DNA of 8,324 nt, from positions 1-8,324 of the forward strand of contig JAAOMT010000167.1 in assembly GCA_016748015.1 (NCBI GenBank), in the 5' to 3' direction. Both the position numbers and the translations under genes were made by a program. The notes below the pieces were generated by a model that ran no database searches, was not told the DNA's origin, and was given only the letters and a program-made list of their open reading frames with translations. Position 1 is the first letter of the stretch; each line of letters starts with the position of its first letter. Positions 1-7,799 of the stretch are shown one piece after another. Source of the stretch: Geosiphon pyriformis uo1. Lineage: Eukaryota > Fungi > Glomeromycota.

Positions 1-968
1 CGATTATGAACCACTTATCTCAATCAATGAATTTTAACACATTCTCCCAATAGATATCACAATGCATGATCTTTATTTTGTGAAGAGCCTAGGAATGAAT
101 GTTTTAGTCATAAAATACCTATGTTTCTGAGATAAATCAAATGAAAGCAATGAATACTTTAAGGATAGTTAAAACACAACATAACACTTTGATTAGTTGT
201 TTCTTTGATTCTGGCCTATATACCATACTCTTTGGTGAAAGAATTACAAATGGCACTCCAGTTTTATTCTTATTGATGTGTTTTAGCTGATCAATGAAAA
301 GAACTTTATGGTTGGACATGTCATTGTAAATAGCTCGGATATATACAACAGACTGTGTCAAGCAGTAATGTTTCATAACAACATTTTGCATTAATTCAAC
401 TACCTTGCCATTTGACTGGGAAAGGATAACAAATTTTTGCTGAAAATATTGTAGAACAGTTTGGTGAAGTAAAGATAATAATCGACCAATGTTAATTCCA
501 ATAATAAAAGCCTTTATGTGCCCCTCTAGCTCATTCAGTTCACAAGTAAACAAATCATTTCACAGAATCTGTTCTCCTTCTAAATACAAATAGGAATATG
601 TCACTATGGTGGTGCATGCATAATATCCGAAAATGTAAGGACATTGTCTGTATGTCAATATTAACTTTTCAGTTAGTTTCTTCACTGGATTACTCTCAGT
701 ATAAAGACCCTCTTTCTCTTTTTTCACGAGACAAGTATCCAATACAGAATAGGAAAGGTCAGGTCATAATTTTCTGGTGGAAGTATGTAAAGATGTGTTT
801 TGGCCATATTTACCCACCCATGATCTGATGTTACAAATAAACTTGATGGGTATGGGAAATGGTAATGTTTGGTGCTCTCAATTATTGATAATGCATCTTC
901 TACATAATTCTGTTGGCTTAGTCTTGATTATCAGTCTCTGAAGGTCTATTCCTGGATGTGAATTTACC
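1..968 (-). pseudogene. Crinkler (CRN)-like PD-(D/E)xK nuclease + protein kinase gene fragment, running off the left edge
   Basis: ORFs 560-742 and 137-553 share a frame, split by one TGA. Reads NTSLHTST..L*PDL...CLV, LTEKL..TY..CPYIFGYYA, INIGRLL, VILSPK, LIKVLCCVLTILK. After the intron it reads ALHKIKIMHCDIYWENVL...WFII(D), matching a HRDIRWxNV catalytic loop and the lead-in to the DF motif. The kinase call is firm; the CRN assignment rests on motif recall. Confidence 0.75.
89..157 (-). other. 69-nt phase-0 spliceosomal intron
   Basis: GTATTC donor after ...LK, GACTAA branch-like site, CCTAG acceptor. Removal deletes in-frame stops and joins VLTILK to ALHKIKIMHCD. Confidence 0.8.
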
Positions 969-1212
969 TGTTAAATTCTTTGGTTATAAGGCACAGAGTT
1001 TGTTTTTCGTCAATTGCAATGTTTTTTGTAAATGTGAGCTTTCTTTTCCAAGCTAACAAGCACAGTCGTTAAGATCTGGTGTTGTCTTTTTGTCTTTCTG
1101 ATAAGCTAACAAAATAATATTAATATCCAAAACTTAGGGGGAGCTTCCCTTTTTTACCAGGCTATCACAAAGTCTATTCCCAGACAGTCAATTTTATTAT
1201 GTTGTCGCTCCA

Positions 1213-1213
<1 letters not shown>

Positions 1214-1253
<40 letters not shown>

Positions 1254-1277
1254 AAAGAAAAAGAAAGAGAGAAAAGA
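1214..1277 (+). repeat. A38 homopolymer (1214-1251) extended by a GA-rich run, giving a 64-nt pure purine tract
   Basis: Directly visible. Homopolymer length may be affected by sequencing error. Confidence 0.95.
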
Positions 1278-1575
1278 TAAATTAATATCGTCAATCGCCA
1301 TAATCAAGAGCAATTGGTCCAAATCATTAATAGGTTCGAGGTGGTTATGCTAAGAGCATCTGTTCTAGAATGGAGGTATGAGACAAGGGTTAATTCACGT
1401 AAATTCCATGAAGTTCGAAAACATGAATTTGTAATTCTGATTTCTTTTAATAATTGGTTTATTTCAAGAGATGAAATAAAAAAGATAATAAAGGATAAAA
1501 GGGTATGGATATTTAATTCTTGTCTAGAGGTTCATATCTATCTGTCTGTCTTTTTTCACTTCTACAACTACTTGC

Positions 1576-1582
1576 TTTTATA
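1576..1582 (-). promoter_or_regulatory. Candidate LTR TATA box
   Basis: TATAAAA on the element's sense strand, downstream of the U3 array and ~115 nt upstream of an AATAAA (1458-1463). Position fits U3-R-U5, but such motifs arise easily in AT-rich DNA. Confidence 0.45.
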
Positions 1583-1680
1583 CATTCTTTTGGTTTTACA
1601 GAATTGCTTTCAATTGTCTCACTATTGCTAGTTATTGCTTTGTTGTTTCTGTTATTGCTTCATTTTTTTATGTTATTGCT

Positions 1681-1864
1681 AGTTATCCTATGTTATAACA
1701 CATTATCTGATGTTATTACATATTATTCTGTGTTATCCTGCATTATAACACATTATCTTACGTTATTACATGCTATTCTGTGTTATCCTGCATTATAACA
1801 CATTATTCTATGTTATAACATGTTATCCAATATTATTGTACGTTATTCTGTGTTATGTTACGTT
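1681..1864. repeat. 10-bp-period tandem array (~18 units, consensus YRTTATNNNN) with a 50-bp higher-order repeat, in LTR U3
   Basis: Consecutive decamers: tgttataaca, cattatctga, tgttattaca, tattattctg, tgttatcctg, cattataaca... 1721-1770 closely matches 1771-1820. Related GTTATTGCT units at 1631, 1651 and 1672. Confidence 0.93.
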
Positions 1865-1918
1865 TTTGGTCACGTTTCTTCATAACTTTGGATTGGTTTT
1901 TCTACTCAAGTAACATTA

Positions 1919-1931
1919 TCCCTCTCTTTTT
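1919..1931 (-). other. Polypurine tract (PPT)
   Basis: Minus strand AAAAAGAGAGGGA, then TAA, then the TG of the LTR start. This is the canonical PPT position. Confidence 0.85.
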
Positions 1932-2664
1932 AAAATTGAGCTTCTGCAAAACCATATGTATCTGTTATTGTGGCTTTGTTCATGTAATGTTTGATTGTTG
2001 CCTCGAGTATTGCCTTTTGTAGATTTTTGAACTGTTGATTGGTTATTTGTTTTATGTTGTTAACCATTATGGTTTTCATAAATCCATTCAGTAGTATGTT
2101 TGGACAATGTTAGAAGACAGCATATAGTCAGTATGCTGCTTTGTAATGTAGAGTCAGATTTTTTTTTCCTACATATTTTTCTACTTGTTGTATTGTTTCT
2201 TTGTTGAATATTTTCTGGCTGAGGTCTTCGTATAGTGTTTTCAAGTCAAGCTGTTCTCCAATTTTGTAGAACCAATAAGCTGAAGAAAGTCTTTCTTTCT
2301 ATTCCTGGGCATTGTCAGGTGTCCATTCCTCTGTTTTGGGGAGTTTGGTCCCACAAGTTAAAGCTTCTTTTATTTTTTCGAGCTTGGAGACCAAGTATCT
2401 TCTTTTGTAACTTTTTTCTCGTTCTTTGTCTCCTTCTTTTCCACCTTCTGCCTGAAGGCAATTTTTCCTCCAACATTGCTTTTTGGGTGGTGGGTAAAGA
2501 AGGGAATGTTTAGTTCTAATTGAACTTTCGTCCTCCCCTTTCTTGCTCTTATCTTTGTACTATATCTCTTTTTTATCAATTGTTATTTCTATTTAAGATA
2601 TCGATTTTTGAATTGTTTCAAATAATTGTTTAGACAATTTTAAAAATTGATCTGAAAGATCCAT
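1930..2664 (-). pseudogene. Extra ORF (ORF3) between integrase and PPT, ~244 codons, unknown function, 5 in-frame stops
   Basis: One frame from ATG 2664 (MDLSDQFLKLSKQLFE...) through AYWFYKIGEQLD...HYKAAY*LYAVF*HCP to GFAEAQF* (TAA 1930-1932). Stops at 2593, 2560, 2299, 2128 and 2110 each revert to CAA/CAG/TGG/CGA by one transition. Not shown in the ORF track. Confidence 0.7.
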
Positions 2665-2743
2665 GTTGAAATTTCTATAATTTTTGCTGCTTTTCGGATG
2701 CTATATATATTTGAATTTCCCAATTTAATTTGCTGCCCATTGT

Positions 2744-4110
2744 CTACATTTTGATAACAATGATTGGTTCCAGATCTTGTGGTATATTTTCTAGTCTGAT
2801 TAATGAAATTTGTGTTCCTAGTTGAAATACTGATGACAATGATTCCTGTTTTACATGATAAATTTTTAACCAATTTCCATGCGCTACTTTTTTTAAAATC
2901 CTGTCTTCCAATCGTAATTTGTAAGCTCTATTTCCTAATGCTTTGTGTATGTGGAATAGACCATCCCATTTTGGGTCAAACTTTCCACTCCACTGTTTCT
3001 CAGCTTTTGTATGATGTAACAGTACTTGGTCTCCAATCTTGAATTCCATTGGTTGTTCTGATAGGTGTTTATTATGTCTTTCTTTTTGTCATTTTTGAGC
3101 ATGACTAATATTGTCAGCTGCTGTTCTTCGATTGTTTTCCAATGTTTCTATTAGCTGGTACGTTCTTTGGTATAAAGTAGCTTCAAAATTCTCTTCATTG
3201 ATTGTTTTTGTTGGGTATGATAGTATCACTCGTTCAATCGGTAATGTAGCTTTTCTTCCATAGACTAGTTCGAACGGTGTGAACTGAGTCATATTTTGTT
3301 TCAATATTCAATATGTAAAGAGTACAGAAGGTATGAATAAGTTCCATTCTTGTCTGTTTTCATGACTTATTTTTGCTAGTGCTTTGTACAGTGTTCTGTT
3401 AAATCGTTCTACCAGTCCGTTTGTTTGTGGGTGGTATAGTGACAATAAGAGTCTCTTTATTCCAAACTGTTGGCTTAGTTCAGTTAGCGTATTATTAACA
3501 AAGTGTGTTCCCTGATCAGATAATAATTCTTTTGGACATCCATGTCAGCAAATTAGGTCTTAATGCACAAATTCGGTGACTGTTTTAGTGTTAGCCACTT
3601 GAATTGCTCTGACTTCTGGCCATTTTGTAAGATAGTCTATGGTTATAGTGATATAGCAATTTTCTTGAAATGTAATTAAAAGAGGTCCAACCAAATCAAT
3701 CCCTATTCTATCAAATGAATTTCCAACTGGAATGGGTCGAAGTGGTTCTGTTGATCTTGCTCTTGCTCTTCACTGACATGCGTCACAATTGAGCATGTAT
3801 TCAAAAATGTCTTTGTACATTATTGGCCAATAATATAAGTTTAGTGTTCTTTCGAGGATAGCATCTTTGTTAAAGTGTCCTGCAGTCGGATCTGAGTGCA
3901 CACTATATAGTATAGTTTTTCTTTTACTGTCCTTGATTAGTCATTGTGGGTTGGGGTGGTTTGGCGTTCTTGTCAATATAGTTGGTTGTCTTAAATAAAA
4001 TAATTTTGGGCTTGTTTTCGTATGATATTCTGTTCTTGTTGAGATAATATCTCCTTAAAATGTAGTGTCAATAAGTACTGATGTAGTCAGTGATAAGTGA
4101 GTGTGTCCAT
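2744..4110 (-). pseudogene. Retrotransposon integrase (HHCC zinc finger, DDE core, GPF/Y C-terminal module)
   Basis: HSDPTAGHF (His at 3896-3898 and 3875-3877)...CDAC (3776-3787); GIDLVGP, LSDQGTHF, YHPQTNGLVERFNRTL; TPFELVYG; FKIGDQVLL...PKWDGLFHI...YKL. Several stops and one frameshift near 3960. Confidence 0.95.
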
Positions 4111-4120
4111 GGGTCTGGGA

Positions 4121-4537
4121 TTAGGTTTGTGGCATTCTCGACAAATTGTTGGCATTGGTGTTCTTGGATTCTTCCTTGTAATAGACTTTGAGTGGGAATT
4201 GTTGCAGATAAGTACTTCATCTCGCATATTTTCCTTCTAGTTGTGGATTGTTGAGTAACCAAATAAGTCCTTTGTGGTCGGTATATAGGTCAAATGGTTG
4301 ACTAAGGTAATGTTTCCAAGTCTGTATGGCCCAATAAATGGTGAGACATTTCAAATCTGTTGTGCTGTAATTTTTTTCTGCTGGGCTAGTGCTGTGACTA
4401 GCGTAGGCAACTGAATGTTCTCTATTGTCCAGTTCTATCTGTGATAAAACTGCTCCTAAAGCATTTTTCGAGGCATCCATAGTGACAATGAACTGTTTAG
4501 TGAAATCTGGGTAAATCAGGATTGGGAATGTGATCAA
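4121..4537 (-). pseudogene. RNase H domain of pol (Ty3-type)
   Basis: PDFTKQFIVTMDASKNALGAVLSQ, VAYAS, AEKNYSTTDLKCL, LYTDHKGL, AR*(W), NANNLSR (=NADxLSR), then TAA at 4121-4123. Confidence 0.95.
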
Positions 4538-4567
4538 TCGCTGCTTAAGATAGTCGAATGCTTTCTG

Positions 4568-5415
4568 TTAATTTTCCTTCCACAAGTATGGTACGTATTT
4601 GAACAACAATTGATGGAGTAGTTTTGTGATATTCGAGAAATCTTTAACAAATTGATGATAATATTCTGCCAATCCTAGAAATCTTCGTAATTCTCTGAGG
4701 TTGATTGGGGCTGGAAAATCCTTGACTTTTTGTACTTTATCTGGATCAGGTTTAACTCCATTCTTGCCAATTACATGTCCTAGGAATTTTAACTCAGTTT
4801 TTCCAAAGAAGCAATTCTCGGGATTGAGTTTCAATCAAGCACTACAAAGACATTCGAAGACTTGTTGCAAATGAAGCAGATGGTTTTTGAATGTTTCGAA
4901 GAACACATTTGTGTTGTTTAGGTAGACTACTACTAATTTCCAAAGGATTTCTTTGTATACTACATCTATCAGGCATTGAAATGTGGCAGGAGCATTACAA
5001 AGTCCAAAAGGCATTATGTTAAATTCAAAGTTTCCGTCTCAAGTGGTAAATGCTGTTTTTCTTTTGTCTTTGGGATCTATTTCAACTTGCCAGTAACTAC
5101 TTGCTAAATCTAATGATAAGAACCATTTCTTTTTTCCTAGATTGTTCAGAATTTCCTGGATGAGGGGAGTAAGATAACTATCTCCTCGCATGATACTATT
5201 TAGTTTTTGATAATCTATGCAGAATTGCACTTTTCTATTTTTCTTGGTAACCAAGACTACTAGTAAGAACCAAGGGCTTAACAATTTTTTGATTAGGCTG
5301 TTATCAAGCATCTGTTGCATTTCTTGCTTAATTAAGTTATCACCAGATGGGAGTATGCGGTAAGCTTATTGCTTAATTGGTCAAGTGTCTCCCATATCAA
5401 TCTGATGCTTCACGA
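4568..5415 (-). pseudogene. Reverse transcriptase domain of pol
   Basis: SPW, FCIDYQKLN, SLDLASSYWQV, KTAFTT, MPFGLCNAPATFQ, YLNN at 4913-4924 (mutated YLDD), LKLNPENCFF, FLGHVI, LRRFLGLAEYY. All in one frame with internal stops. Confidence 0.96.
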
Positions 5416-5947
5416 TGTTGGTGCATTTGAACTCATTTTCACTGGCAAAAACATTGGCATACTAATTCAGAAAGACTTTGAGTTGCATTTGTTGCAGGGT
5501 ACTTAAATTTCCTAAATTCAATTTATTAATATCTTCTGGTGTAAACAAGTAACTTTCTTTTAACAAATTCTATACTTGTGAGATAATGTCACAGAATAAG
5601 AATAATTGTGTGAAATCTAGAATAAACTGGGGTTTTTCAGGATTCTGAATATCTGCGGATATAGAACTGATAAGGGTCCCTTTGGGGATTTCAATGACAT
5701 CTTCTGTCGGGTTGTGGATGGAGATTTTGAAGTGTTTATGGGCTTTGGCTAGTAGGTATAGATTAGCAACATCGGTTAAGGAACATATTTTGGGACTGGC
5801 TTCAAATAACAGGGCTTGATCTTGGATCTTTCGATTCACCTTGAGGATGTATTGTCAGTATGGGGGAATAGAAATAATGGTGTTGGTGTTGATAAGTTCT
5901 ATTTGGTCACTGTCTTCCTCCATGAAATTAACTGGTACGTTTCCTCT

Positions 5948-6350
5948 TCCACTTGATCCAAATCTGTTGATTCCTCAGGCAGTGAGATCTGGTTGTTACT
6001 GGGGTTAATTGGAGTATTTTAACTAGGGGTAGGAAGATAGCTTGGGCAATCTTTTCTTGTGATTCTATTTTGTAGGGTCTGTCTGAATTGTTCTGTAGCA
6101 TCACAATAATGTTTCCCATGTAACCAGCATCGATAATTCCTCCTTTTATGTTGATTTCTTTCTTGGCTAGACTAGATTGAAAGACAACATGTACCATTGT
6201 ACTAACAGAAATTTCTAATGCTATCTTAAGATTTATTTTTACAAGGAAATGTGGGGCTATAATGATGGATGATTGTCCAGAGTATTGTAGGTCAAAACTG
6301 GCATCAGTGTTATGCGCTCTTTTGGGGCAGATTTTTTCTTCATTGTCACT
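5948..6350 (-). pseudogene. dut: dUTPase domain (trimeric-type) embedded in pol between PR and RT
   Basis: Motif I DASFDL (DAGFDL), II QSSLA (RSSLA), III GGIIDAGYMGNI, IV KIAQAIF. Motif V *GINRFGSSG (RGxxGFGSSG, 5948-5977) follows a small frameshift near 5988. Confidence 0.92.
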
Positions 6351-6529
6351 GTACTATTTTAGCTCTAGTTTTTTGGATAGGTCGGGATATGTGAGATATT
6401 GTTCTGTTTCAGTATCCTCAGTTGGATCTTGAAATGACATGTCTTCAGTGATCAATACCTCTTCTTCAGGCTCAGGTAGTTCAGTGATTGAAAACAGTAT
6501 TTTTGGAGGCGGATTGAACATGAGATCAT

Positions 6530-7140
6530 ATTTGTCGCAGTATTAGAAGTAACAGGGGATCAAACAGTGATCACATAGTTTGGTATTCAAATCGGCCAAC
6601 CTTTGCTTTTGTTCTTTGTGAGTTGGGGCCAATTCCTGATATCGGTTCTGAAATGCGTCTAGGTTATCTGTAAAGAAATCATTCTTGGGGTAGTCGGGTC
6701 CATTATATTTGGGCGTCTAAGAATTGTCCTTGATTTCTTGTATTTCTTCGGGCATGACATCTTCGGCCTTGGCACTTGCCATTCTCCAGATTTTGTGGTC
6801 ATTGTGTGGATAACTGTCCAGCCTATTGAGTGCTTGTTTCTAAGTATCCTCAATGAGAGTTCCCTTTTGTACTTAATCGTTAATTAATATGGTGTATTGA
6901 CAAGCCTCGTCACATGTTCCTTCTCTGCCAGGCACATCATTTCAGAGTCCTTCATCTGGCAGAATTTCACCACATGCAAGGCATGACATGTTGTCTTATT
7001 TGCCTTGTCGTTTTGGTCGTCCAAATCTTTTCAGTAAACAAGGTCTGCAATAGTATTTGGTGGTGGTGGGCCATTTTTCGTTGTTCCCAATATATGCGCC
7101 CATAGTAGATAGTTTTTTTCCACAATCAACACATATTAGT
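6530..7140 (-). pseudogene. Cys-rich putative multi-zinc-binding region within pol, unknown family
   Basis: In one frame, continuous with the dUTPase: CVDC (7122-7133), CRPC (7038-7049), CLAC (6972-6983), CDEAC (6900-6914), CDHCLIPCYF*YCDKY (~6530-6575). Confidence 0.65.
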
Positions 7141-7399
7141 CTTGGGAGTTGGTAAAATAAGTTTCTTTGGTCCGAAGTTACGTATCCTAGTGATGACAAT
7201 TGAGATTTTTCTTTGGCTCTGTCTTTTCCTTTTTTTTCCCAGGTTGGTGGTAGAGGTAGTTTAGTTCGATAATCATCCATGAAACCTGATAGGTCTCGAT
7301 AGTTGGTGGCATTGATGTGTCTTTGAATTCAATAAGAAGTTCCTCAATATGTTGGGTTTTAAAGTGTCCGCATGTAGCTGGGACTTGGGCATGCTGTCT

Positions 7400-7760
7400 G
7401 TTGAACATGAGTTGATGTTCTTGAGTGTTCTAATCGAGAGTAGCATTGGCTTTTGACAACCAATCATTTCCTATTAGAGCTTGATATTAAGTAACTTCCA
7501 TGACGAGTACTTTGGTAGGAATTTAGATTCCATTAATCTCGAAGGGGAAGTTGTCAATTTCTCTTATCGGGGTTTTTGTGTTTCCATCTATTATAATGAT
7601 CTGGGTGGTAGCAGCACGGTCTACTTGGCAACCTAGTTGGTCTATGAGCTGCTTTGTGATTATGCTACCAGCTGATCTGCTATCCAAGATTAATTTAATG
7701 TCTATTTTTCTGACTCTGGCATCGGTGTATAAGACTGTTATTGGTTTATCCTGATTGATG
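7400..7760 (-). pseudogene. Retropepsin-like aspartic protease
   Basis: KLILDSRSAGSII (DSG mutated to DSR, 7676-7684), flap-like IIIIDGNTK, and C-terminal YQALIGNDWL. Confidence 0.92.
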
Positions 7761-7799
7761 GTTGCTCCACTAAAAAGGCTATGAGTGTTCAAATTATTG

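Larger units (their letters stand above)
969..1915 (-). repeat. 3' LTR (~947 bp) with TGTTA...TAACA termini
   Basis: On the minus strand TGTTAC begins at 1915, 3 nt after the PPT. A matching TAACA ends at 969 (+ strand tgtta 969-973), and CRN-like coding sequence resumes just beyond it. The 1915 end is well supported. The 969 end cannot be confirmed without the 5' LTR. Confidence 0.72.

Noticed and set aside
829-834. Alternative LTR end (tgttac, a 6-bp inverted match to 1910-1915)
   Set aside because: It lies inside sequence that reads as part of the CRN-like coding region (YVEDALSII...PSSLFVTSDHGW), so 969 is preferred. Not fully excluded without the 5' LTR.
1136-1156. Near-palindrome GGGAGCTTCCC followed by a T run, resembling a rho-independent terminator
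   Set aside because: The context is eukaryotic (spliceosomal intron, LTR element), the stem is short with almost no loop, and no + strand gene lies upstream.
1401-1430. Imperfect hairpin AAATTCCATG...CATGAATTT in the LTR R/U5 region, and a 10-bp direct repeat AAGCTAACAA (1050, 1103)
   Set aside because: Short AT-rich matches could arise by chance. No support without conservation across copies.
1520-1798. Hydrophobic 92-aa + strand ORF resembling a membrane or env-like protein
   Set aside because: It is the translation of the T-rich LTR tandem array, antisense to the element, with a non-ATG start.
1681-1864. CRISPR-like array
   Set aside because: Contiguous 10-bp units without unique spacers, and no cas genes.
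2370-2579. Basic 69-aa minus-strand ORF, and the neighbouring 2640-2873 ORF, as independent genes
   Set aside because: Both are alternative frames overlapping the longer ORF3 or integrase frames, with no recognisable motifs. A local frameshift within ORF3 cannot be fully excluded.
2744-2900. Possible chromodomain at the integrase C-terminus
   Set aside because: After the GPF/Y module only a short tail ending LEPIIVIKM remains, with no YLVKW/TWE-type motifs.
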